Positions 52,801 through 60,000 of a DNA stretch of 64,000 bases are shown one piece after another (position 1 is the stretch's first letter; each line of letters begins with the position of its first letter). Under the pieces are notes generated by a model. The model saw nothing but the letters and a program-made list of their open reading frames with translations. It made no database searches and was not told the DNA's origin. The stretch comes from Candidatus Eiseniibacteriota bacterium (lineage in GTDB: Bacteria > Eisenbacteria > RBG-16-71-46): positions 192,001-256,000 of the forward strand of contig JBGAML010000004.1 of the NCBI GenBank assembly GCA_044223005.1. Reading direction: 5' to 3'. The translations under genes and the position numbers were made by a program.

Positions 52801-52995
52801 GCGCGCGTGCGCGTCGCCGCCGTGGTGGAAGTCGATCCCGTCGGGGCGCACGCGCACCACGCTGCGGCCGTTGCCGACCAGACCTTCGGGCGCGCGGCCC
52901 GCGTACTCGAAGCGCCAGCGGTCCTGGCCCGACGCCGCCGTCGGCGTGCACAGGGCGAGGGTGAGCAGCAGAACGGCCCAGCGGCTCGGGCTCAT
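49858..52995 (-). CDS. Large secreted multidomain glycoside hydrolase, (alpha/alpha)6-like core plus C-terminal sugar-binding domain
   Basis: Signal peptide; WSRD, SEWMD, VWPWWN motifs; rhamnosidase-C-like beta segment; GWYR..ELGKIDD..FVNG module. Confidence 0.7.
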   Translation of the reverse strand: MSPSRWAVLLLTLALCTPTAASGQDRWRFEYAGRAPEGLVGNGRSVVRVRPDGIDFHHGGDAHARFRLVLGDSVVDLASPAPRASFLPGGVVYALDVRGTAIEILHGATPDVPWFACARVRHATTPVAIEVTATGAPTMAATGRVRVPLAGGAGEVVLAAGGLPPAGRFEALRAALEAPYHRGLVLETPDPEIDRAVPFCRALLDLGFDGHMHVCEIFRWRDVWSRDLGSGLAPGAMASGRFAAASTTIDYDLGRYAKADPLGLKVTEDPSQGGCAEGVAWLARAVWMRWLLDGDRDELQRAAHTLRPWVEAWIARDADDTGMLVDVSEWMDHSRFFLFPDGARVLYSNVLFADLLRRFATIERTLGDPSAARYDALAARFVRGVNAGLWDETNGIYDNLVLGGLRDERSTSGENALAVLCGVAPEARARRAMDTIRARNWRKAGSSTITPPMSHVPLYIDHNDKVWPWWNAVEARARFRLDDRAGGAWLLGRCAATLADEHYPGMIEELVDPEDGHTEGGFAFLTAAGSYLDAIVEGLLGVEVLEPGCARLRVDPRTPADWKDWHAEVPLPQGAVALTMAHGRLRVRVTDPHVRVVEVPAGAIVEGAARAPLAARAWPALADTTAPHAAPVPVLRDTAVIEWVRDAVVLQVAHLPAPAVPAPTGRRVTLAELATLDPASVGAVIVPGNALPRHAEDGSDVAVTLERWLARGGALVFWGPTMRERGTMGETAGVIEWYDLRPVVRGETLREWRFRLATTDASVARANEPGLRGGWQARAFEPDTSWRPIAVPAGWEKTIGELDGWGWYRAHFRLPADGRGKPVVVELGKIDDFDWTFVNGVEIGSRTNWQAIRHYVLRPGDPAYATLAFGGDNVLAVQVQDTGGGGGIWSDSVTVGVETNEKAWLPIDPRNGEVSASPTRLGVVSWGPGGRFMNSWETSRGVFGWALDGRGVELAGEGGSRPPRPIDTHEVFTDFAVSKPWHFEPLAFTHTSRHLLVPDRGEIYPCAARLRNADGGGEIVLIPSSLVTAGLGATLLERLHVRVLP

Positions 52996-53256
52996 CGGCG
53001 AGGCTCCTTCGAGTGCGGTGGGATCGACACGCCGCGCGGGGGAGGGCGACGCGATCGCGCCACCGCGCACGGGCACGCCCACCAAGCTAACGCGAGCCGC
53101 TCCGAAAGTCCGGGCCGCGATGCATGGAACACGCATGAAAATGACGCCGGCTCGCCCGCGGGAGAGCGGTCGCGTCGGCGCGGGGCGGTTCGGCCGGCGC
53201 GTCGCGAGCGGAGTCGCCCGCGATGCGCCGGCCGCGCCGAACACCCGAACGCCCCG

Positions 53257-55575
53257 CTAGAACTTGAGCGTGAACCCGCCCACGGGGAAGAAGCGGATCT
53301 GGTCCAGCGCCTCGACCTGCCGCGTCTTGGTGTTCCACACGTAGAGGAACACGTTGCGGCGGTCGAACACGTTCTGTGCCTCGAAGAACCACGTGTAGTC
53401 GAGCCCGAAGAGCCGCGTGTGCCGGTCCACGCGCACGTCGGTGCGCTGGTACTCCTTGGTCCGCGACGCGTTCACGCGCGTGAGGTCGTCGATGTAGCGG
53501 TTCTGCTGCGCCGAGGCCGGCTGCAGCGGCGGCGTGAACGGCCGGCCGCTCGCGTACGAGACGTGCGTCGAGAGCTCCCACCGCGGTGCCGGGCGCCAGC
53601 CGAGGATCAGGTTCGCCGTGCTCGGCGAGTCGTAGGCGCCGCGACGCATCACGCCGTCGAGCGCGCGGTGCCGGGTGCGCGAGTACGCGTACGACGCCTG
53701 CCCGTACCAGCGGCCCGCGAGCTTCTTCTGCGCATAGAACTCGATCCCGCGCGAGCGGCCGCGGCCGGCGCTCACGTACGGCATCAGCAGGCCGTACACG
53801 CCGTACTGGTCGCCCGTGTTGGCGAGCGTGAGCGTGGGGTAGTCGCGCGCCACGGGATAGTCCGCGTACTCCTTGTCGTACGCCTCGAGCGTCACGCGCA
53901 GGTCGGGCCGCGGCAGGTACTGCAGCCCCGCGACGTAGTGGTCCGCGCGCATCGGCGCGAGCGAACGGTTCTCGCGGAACGTCTCGACGATCGCGAGGAT
54001 CGGCTCCTGGTGGTAGCGGCCGTAGGAGAGATTGAGGTCGAGCCACGGCGTCAGGTGCGTGGTCAGGCCCGCGCGCGGCGCGAACGCCGTCGCGTCGATC
54101 GCCTCGAAGCGTTCGGCGACCCCGCCCAGCGTGAGGTCGCTCGCGCGCCCGAGGTGCCACGTGGCCTGCGCGTGCGCCGCCAGGTCCCACGAGGACGCTT
54201 CCTGCGCGAGGTCGACCGCGTTGACGCGCGTCGTGTCGGTCGAGAACGGGTTCTGCGTGCCGTAGGGCTGCTCGATCCGCAGCGACTCGCGCAGGCGCTT
54301 CGCCTGCGCGCCGAGCTTGAAGTCGCCCGCGCCGGTGCGCAGCGCGGCGTCGTACTTGACCGTCGTCTCGCCCTCGGTCGAGAGGTTGCGGAAGCCCATC
54401 GCGCCGTCCAGTTCGCCGAGGAACGCCTCCACCTGATAGCGGCCCACGGCGTCGGAGACGCCGAACGTGCCCCAGCCGCGCGTGCCCCAGAGGTGCTGCC
54501 AGTTCGCGCCGGTGACCTGCCGCCAGCCCGAGACCGCGACGTCGTCGGTGTTGGGGTCGCTGGCGTCGGACGCATCCGGCTTGATGTGGATGTCGTCGCG
54601 CCCGCCGATCGCGACCAGCCAGAGCTTGTCGTTCGAATCGAGGTCGTACGAGCCCTTCCACTGCCAGTCGGTGGTGTGCGGCACGGCGGTGAGCCCGAAC
54701 GAGCCCGCGAGCAGGTCGAGGTAGCTCTGCCGCACGCTGCCGACCCACGCGCCGCGCGTGCCGATCGGCCCTTCGCCCACCAGCCCCGCGCCCGCCGCGC
54801 TCAGGTCGAGCTGCGAGCGCATCCGCTCGCGGTCGCCGTCGCGCAGGCGCACGTCGAGCACGCTCGAGAGCCGGCCCGAGTACTCGGCCGGGAAGCCGCC
54901 CGCGAGGAACGTCGCGTCGCGCAGGAGCTCGTTGTCGAGCATGCTGATCGGCCCGCCCGAGGAACCCTGCGTGGCGAAGTGGTTGAGCGTCGGCACCTCG
55001 ACGTTGTCGACGAGCGTCAGGTTCTCGCTCGGGCTGCCGCCGCGCGCGATGAGGTCGTTGCGCTGGTCGCTGGCCATCGCGAGCCCGGGCAGCGTCTGGA
55101 TCAGGCGCAGCACGTCGCCGATCGCCCCGGGCGAGCGGCGGATCTCCTCGTACGAGAGCTGGTAGCTGGTCGTCGGCACGTCGGCCGCGCGCGCGAAACC
55201 CTTCGCGTGCACTTCGACCTCCTGTGCCTTCACCGCTTCGATCTCGAGTTCGAAGTCCGCCTGCGTGCCGCGATTGGCCGTGACGACCACGTCGGAGCGC
55301 ACGAGCGCCGGGTAGTCGATGCGCCACGCGCGCAGCTGCCACGAGCCCTCGGGCACCTGCGCGATCGCGAACCGGCCGTCCTCGCCGGTCATGGCGCCGA
55401 GCGTGGTGCCGACCACGTTCACGCTCGCACCGGCGATCGGCTGGTGCGTCGTGTGGTCCGTGACGAGGCCGCGAACCGCGCCCTTGCCCGGCGTGGTCGG
55501 GACGGCGTGGGCCGGCGCGCCGGACCCGAGCAGGAAACCCGCGAACAACAGCGTCGAAAGAGCGAGGCAGCGCAT
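53257..55575 (-). CDS. TonB-dependent receptor
   Basis: Carboxypeptidase-regulatory-like N domain, DVLRLIQTLPG, RGG...EN, GGFPAEYSGRLSSV plug, NVFDRRN, terminal Phe. Confidence 0.93.
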   Translation of the reverse strand: MRCLALSTLLFAGFLLGSGAPAHAVPTTPGKGAVRGLVTDHTTHQPIAGASVNVVGTTLGAMTGEDGRFAIAQVPEGSWQLRAWRIDYPALVRSDVVVTANRGTQADFELEIEAVKAQEVEVHAKGFARAADVPTTSYQLSYEEIRRSPGAIGDVLRLIQTLPGLAMASDQRNDLIARGGSPSENLTLVDNVEVPTLNHFATQGSSGGPISMLDNELLRDATFLAGGFPAEYSGRLSSVLDVRLRDGDRERMRSQLDLSAAGAGLVGEGPIGTRGAWVGSVRQSYLDLLAGSFGLTAVPHTTDWQWKGSYDLDSNDKLWLVAIGGRDDIHIKPDASDASDPNTDDVAVSGWRQVTGANWQHLWGTRGWGTFGVSDAVGRYQVEAFLGELDGAMGFRNLSTEGETTVKYDAALRTGAGDFKLGAQAKRLRESLRIEQPYGTQNPFSTDTTRVNAVDLAQEASSWDLAAHAQATWHLGRASDLTLGGVAERFEAIDATAFAPRAGLTTHLTPWLDLNLSYGRYHQEPILAIVETFRENRSLAPMRADHYVAGLQYLPRPDLRVTLEAYDKEYADYPVARDYPTLTLANTGDQYGVYGLLMPYVSAGRGRSRGIEFYAQKKLAGRWYGQASYAYSRTRHRALDGVMRRGAYDSPSTANLILGWRPAPRWELSTHVSYASGRPFTPPLQPASAQQNRYIDDLTRVNASRTKEYQRTDVRVDRHTRLFGLDYTWFFEAQNVFDRRNVFLYVWNTKTRQVEALDQIRFFPVGGFTLKF

Positions 55576-55609
55576 GATCGGTGCTCCGATGGTGACTGAT
55601 GGTCTGTGA

Positions 55610-55624
55610 AATAACGGTGTTAAC
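55610..55624. promoter_or_regulatory. Putative TetR operator upstream of the TonB receptor
   Basis: AATAACGGTGTTAAC, 12/15 identical to the palindrome at 56354. Confidence 0.65.
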
Positions 55625-55648
55625 TGCGTTGCCAAAAAAGTGTTTCGA

Positions 55649-56299
55649 TCAGGATTCGAGCCCCGCCTCCGCGAGCGAGAACGCGCTCGAGATCATCGCC
55701 TCGCGCGTCGCCTCGTCGCCGAGGTCGGGCATCGCCAGGCAGAGCGAAACCACGCCGTGCATGAGCGCCCAGAGCGAGAGTGCCGTCCCCTGCACGTCGC
55801 GCGCGCGGATCGCGCCGGTGGACATGGCCCGATCGACCGCGGTGACGAGCAGCTCGAACGCGCTTTCGCCGCACTCGCGCTCCAACTGCTCGGGAGGGAT
55901 ACGGCTCCACACGTCGGAGCGTTGCATGAAGAGCACGCGGTACATGACCGGGTGATCGAGCCCGAAGCGCACGTACGCGCGGCCCAGCGCCTCGATCTGC
56001 GCGGCCGGATCGGGTGTCTCGGCCGCGGCCGCGCGCAGCGCCTGCGCGAATGCGGCGAAGCCTTCGAGCAGGATCGCGATCACGAGCTCGTCCTTGTCGC
56101 GGAAGTAGCGGTAGATCGTCGTCGGCGTGTAGCCGATCCGCTCCGCGAGCCGGCGCAGCGAGAAACCCTCGTAGCCGCCCTCGTCGAGCAGCTCGGCGGC
56201 GGCGCGGAACACCACGTCGCGCGTGCTCGTCTTGTGCTCGGCGCGGCGCTTCGCGCTGGCGGAACGGACGCGCTGCGTGAGGGTGGTGCGGGAAGGCAT
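55649..56299 (-). CDS. TetR/AcrR family regulator (WHG-type C-terminus)
   Basis: FSLRRLAERIGYTPTTIYRYFRDKDEL HTH; AYVRFG, WALMHG. Confidence 0.94.
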   Translation of the reverse strand: MPSRTTLTQRVRSASAKRRAEHKTSTRDVVFRAAAELLDEGGYEGFSLRRLAERIGYTPTTIYRYFRDKDELVIAILLEGFAAFAQALRAAAAETPDPAAQIEALGRAYVRFGLDHPVMYRVLFMQRSDVWSRIPPEQLERECGESAFELLVTAVDRAMSTGAIRARDVQGTALSLWALMHGVVSLCLAMPDLGDEATREAMISSAFSLAEAGLES

Positions 56300-56353
56300 C
56301 TGGGGTGGCTCCCTGGGGTGCGGACCCGGCGACCGGACTGGCCGTCGCGGCGA

Positions 56354-56394
56354 GTTAACAGTGTTAACCTACTCTCTGAGTCGCCCCGGGGCAA
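56354..56394 (-). promoter_or_regulatory. tetR promoter with overlapping palindromic operator
   Basis: Minus strand TTGCCC-N17-TAGGTT (56394-56366) overlapping GTTAACA-G-TGTTAAC (56354-56368). Confidence 0.7.
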
Positions 56395-56463
56395 GTTCGA
56401 TCGCCGCGGCTGTGGGGCCCCCGGCCTCGTGCGGCCGCCGCGGCTGCTAGGATCGGCGCCCGC

Positions 56464-58365
56464 ATGAGCACGCTCCCCGGTTCGCGCCTCGCCATCGTCG
56501 GCACCGCCGGCCACATCGACCACGGCAAGACCGCCCTCGTCCGGCGGCTGACCGGCGTCGACACCGACCGGCTGCCCGAAGAGAAGAAGCGCGGCATCAG
56601 CATCGACCTCGGCTTCGCGCCGCTCGTGACGCCTGCCGGCGTGCGCGTCGGGCTGGTGGACGTGCCCGGGCACGAGCGGTTCGTGAAGAACATGCTCGCC
56701 GGTGTCGGCGGCGTGGACCTCGTGCTGCTGGTGATCGCCGCCGACGAGGGTGTCATGCCGCAGACGCGCGAGCACCTGGCGATCGTGCGGCTGCTCGGCG
56801 TCACGCGCGGCGTGGTGGTGCTCACCAAGCGCGACCTCGTGGACGCCGAGTGGGCGCAGATGGTGGCGAAGGACGTGCGCGGTCTGCTCGCAGGTGGCCC
56901 GCTGGCCGACGCGCCGATCGTCGAGTTCTCCGCCGTCACCGGCGCCGGAACGCCCGAACTGCTCGCCGCGATCGACGCCGCTCTCGCCGGTGCGCCCGCG
57001 CGCGCCGACGCCGAGCCCGCGCGCCTGCCCGTGGACCGCGTGTTCACCGTGGAAGGCTTCGGCACCGTGGTGACCGGCACGCTCTGGCGCGGCACGATCC
57101 GCACCGGCGATGCGCTGCAGCTGCTGCCGCGCGAGCGCGACGTGCGCGTGCGCCGCGTGCAGGTGCACGGCGAAACCGTGGACGCGGCGCGCGCCGGCCA
57201 GCGCACCGCCGTGGCGCTGCACGGCGTGAGCAAGGAGGAGGTCGAGCGCGGCGACTGGCTGCTCGCGCCCGGATCGCTGGCCGCCTCGCGGATCCTGGAC
57301 GTGCGGTTCGAGCTGCTGGCCGACTACCCGCGCGAATGGAAGGTGGACCAGCGCGTGCGCTTCCACCTCGGCGCGAGTGAAGTGATCGGCCGGCTCGTGC
57401 TGTTCGCCGACGCGCCCCTGCGCGCAGGCGAGACCGCGCTCGGCCAGGTGCGGCTGGAGCGCGCCGCCGTGGCCGCGCGTGGCGACCGGTTCGTGATCCG
57501 CAGCTACTCGCCGAGCCGCACGGTGGGCGGCGGCAGCGTGATCGAGCCCGTCGCGAAGCGCCGCCGCCGCGCCGACGCCGGGCTCGAGCAGATGGAGGTG
57601 CACGAGAGCGGCTCGCTGGAAGCGCGGCTGCTCGAGAAGCTGGCCGGCATGGAGAAGATCGCGAGCAGCGAAGTACTCGCGCAGGCCGTCGGCGAGCCCG
57701 TCGCCGCGGTGGGCGAGGCGCTCGAGCGGCTCGCCCGCGAAGGCAGCGTCGCCACGCCCGCCGCCGGGCGCTGGGTGGGCGACGACCGCTGGAGCAGCAC
57801 GCGCGAACGGATCGAGCACGACGTGCGCGAATACGCCGAACGCCACGCGGCGCGCTACGGGATCATGAAGGGCGAACTGAAGAGCGCCCTGAAGCCCGTG
57901 ATGGACGGCGCCCTGTTCGACGCCGCATTCGCCTCGCTGGTCGCCGACGCCACGATCGAGCAGAAGGGCGAACGCGTGCGCCCCGGCGGCGTGCCGTGGG
58001 AGCCGCCCGCCGAGACGCTGCGCCAGCTCGAGGCCTTGGAGGCCGAGCTCGAGTCGGCCGGCTACCTCGTACCCGAGGTGCCCGCGTGGAGCGCCAAGCT
58101 GGGCAGCACCGCCGGCGAAGTCGCCGCGCTGGGCTACTTCCTGGGCCGCCTCGTGCGCGTGTCGCAGGAGCTGACGTACACCGCGAAGCAGATGGCGACG
58201 CTGCGCGCGAAGCTGAACGAGTGGTTCGCCACGCACCCCACGCTGACGGTGGGCGATTTCCGCAGCTTCACTGACGCGTCGAGGAAGTACGCGGTCCCGC
58301 TACTGGAGCACTGCGATCGGCTCGGCTGGACGGTCCGCGTGGGCGACGAGCGGCGGAAGGGGTAG
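56464..58365 (+). CDS. selB: Selenocysteine-specific elongation factor SelB
   Basis: [39 protein letters not shown]-terminal [10 protein letters not shown] winged helix. Confidence 0.96.
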   Translation: MSTLPGSRLAIVGTAGHIDHGKTALVRRLTGVDTDRLPEEKKRGISIDLGFAPLVTPAGVRVGLVDVPGHERFVKNMLAGVGGVDLVLLVIAADEGVMPQTREHLAIVRLLGVTRGVVVLTKRDLVDAEWAQMVAKDVRGLLAGGPLADAPIVEFSAVTGAGTPELLAAIDAALAGAPARADAEPARLPVDRVFTVEGFGTVVTGTLWRGTIRTGDALQLLPRERDVRVRRVQVHGETVDAARAGQRTAVALHGVSKEEVERGDWLLAPGSLAASRILDVRFELLADYPREWKVDQRVRFHLGASEVIGRLVLFADAPLRAGETALGQVRLERAAVAARGDRFVIRSYSPSRTVGGGSVIEPVAKRRRRADAGLEQMEVHESGSLEARLLEKLAGMEKIASSEVLAQAVGEPVAAVGEALERLAREGSVATPAAGRWVGDDRWSSTRERIEHDVREYAERHAARYGIMKGELKSALKPVMDGALFDAAFASLVADATIEQKGERVRPGGVPWEPPAETLRQLEALEAELESAGYLVPEVPAWSAKLGSTAGEVAALGYFLGRLVRVSQELTYTAKQMATLRAKLNEWFATHPTLTVGDFRSFTDASRKYAVPLLEHCDRLGWTVRVGDERRKG

Positions 58366-58374
58366 GCTTGAGTC

Positions 58375-59238
58375 ATGAGTAGCGAGCCCTACTTCGGGGA
58401 GATCCCGGGCATTCCCCCTGGTACTGGTTTCTCGGACCGCCGAGCACTTGCCGAGGCCCGAGTACACCGACACCTGCAAGCGGGAATTACTGGCAGGGCC
58501 GAACTGGGCGCTGAGTCAATCGTCTTGAGCGGTGGCTATGAGGATGACAAAGACGGAGGAGCTTGGATCCTCTACACGGGCTTTGGCGGCCAGGATCCCT
58601 CGTCGCGCAAGCAGATCGCAAATCAGGAGCTAATAGGTGGGAATCTAGCGCTCGCCAAGAGCTGTCTTGACGGGTCGCCAGTACGCGTAGTGCGGGGAGC
58701 CGGACTACGCTCAGAGTTTTCTCCGAGGTCTGGCTACGTGTACTCAGGTTTGTTTCGAGTTGACGACTACTGGCCTGCGATAGGCAGCTCGGGGTTCACG
58801 ATCTGGCGGTTCCTACTGACTGCAGTTGAGGCGTATTCACCCCAACTGGTTCCGGGGCCGACTGGTCAGCAAGTCGCGGCCGACCGCCGACTCGTCACAG
58901 TCGAGCGAATCGTACGAAGCTCGCCGACGGCGCTCATGATCAAACGCCTCTACAACTACACCTGCCAAGTTTGCACCACTCGCTTGGCAACCAATGCAGG
59001 GCCGTATGCTGAGGGGGCACATATTCGACCGCTTGGCAGACCACACGACGGTCCGGACTCACCTTCGAACATCCTCTGCCTTTGTCCGAACCACCACGTG
59101 CTGCTGGATCGAGGAGGCTTCGCGATCGACAAGGACATGAGCCTCATCGGATTGTCTGGACGGCTGCTGATAAGCAAACAGCACAACTTGGATGAGGTAC
59201 ACCTTGCCTATCACCGGAGCCGCATTCTCCTAGCCTAG
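58375..59238 (+). CDS. SRA/YDG-HNH modification-dependent restriction endonuclease
   Basis: FGEIPG, VHR..QAGI, SIVLSGGYEDD.D.G..ILYTG.GG (SRA); CQVC, EGAHIRPL, NILCLCPNHH (HNH). Confidence 0.92.
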   Translation: MSSEPYFGEIPGIPPGTGFSDRRALAEARVHRHLQAGITGRAELGAESIVLSGGYEDDKDGGAWILYTGFGGQDPSSRKQIANQELIGGNLALAKSCLDGSPVRVVRGAGLRSEFSPRSGYVYSGLFRVDDYWPAIGSSGFTIWRFLLTAVEAYSPQLVPGPTGQQVAADRRLVTVERIVRSSPTALMIKRLYNYTCQVCTTRLATNAGPYAEGAHIRPLGRPHDGPDSPSNILCLCPNHHVLLDRGGFAIDKDMSLIGLSGRLLISKQHNLDEVHLAYHRSRILLA

Positions 59239-59293
59239 CGGTGGCCTCTTTGGCGGGCTTGATTGATGTCCCATTCCAGGCCAGGTTCGCGAC

Positions 59294-59539
59294 ATGCCCG
59301 CTCCGCGCATGGCCCAGGACATCGTAGACGTTCTCGTGAGCGACCTCGAGCTTGCGTTCGCCTTCTATTGCGCGGCGTCGGCGATCGTCGACGACTTCGA
59401 GGAGTTCGGGCCGCAGTTGATGGGCACCGAGACGGGGGAATACGACGCGTCGACGCCGATCGGTCAGCTCCGAGCGACTCGCAACGAGTTGATCGCGCGG
59501 CTTCAGCAACTGTCGGAGTCGCGACGCTCGAGTTCCTAG
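59294..59539 (+). CDS. Small acidic hypothetical protein
   Basis: 76-81 aa ORF with protein-like composition directly after the nuclease; start 59294 or 59309. Confidence 0.5.
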   Translation: MPAPRMAQDIVDVLVSDLELAFAFYCAASAIVDDFEEFGPQLMGTETGEYDASTPIGQLRATRNELIARLQQLSESRRSSS

Positions 59540-59553
59540 CCCCCAAAACATCT

Positions 59554-59583
59554 CGCCGCGTCGCACTTTCGTGCGGCGCGGCG
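59554..59583 (-). terminator. Terminator-like hairpin, possibly bidirectional
   Basis: Minus strand CGCCGCG-C-CGCAC-GAAA-GTGCG-A-CGCGGCG then AGATGTTTT. Confidence 0.5.
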
Positions 59584-59874
59584 TTGGCGTCCTGGGTTGG
59601 GGAGAGGCGCGGTCCGCGAAGTGGGCCGGCGCGTGCTCGGGCCCGGGGGCGCTGCGGGCGGGCCGGTCACCCCTCGGGCCGGCTGCCCGGTCTGGCGAGA
59701 CGCGTGTCGCGTCATCGGTGAAGAACAGGGGGGCGGAACTGTGCGATGTCCCCCGACCTCGCCAGTTCGGTCCGGAGTTCTTCGGCGCCCCCGCTTGCGC
59801 GTGAGCGTCGCTTCCCCCCGGGCGCGGGTCACCGCCCCCCAATGTCGGAAGGGCCACTTCGGCCCTTTCCGAAC

Positions 59875-59905
59875 ATTCGACGGCGCGTTCTACCGGATTC
59901 CGCAT
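59875..59905 (-). repeat. 31-nt repeat copy A (candidate ECF promoter)
   Basis: 26/31 identical to 62822-62852; minus strand ATGCGGAAT-N15-GTCGAAT. Confidence 0.65.
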
Positions 59906-60000
59906 TCCGAGTCCGGGTTTTCATACGAACGCCCGTCGCGGCCGCCGGCCGAGGCGCGGACTCAGGAGTACCGCCATGCTCCCGCGGGAGTGCGACGCGT

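Noticed and set aside
49825..55599. Very long ORFs opposite or overlapping real genes (e.g. 1924 aa at 49825-55599, 1203 aa at 42400-46011)
   Set aside because: Arg/Ala/Gly-rich shadow frames expected at this GC content; the opposite strand carries recognisable proteins.
55620..55636. Sigma54 promoter for the TonB receptor (TTGGCAACGCAGTTAA)
   Set aside because: The -12 GC is missing; the site is better explained as the TetR operator region.
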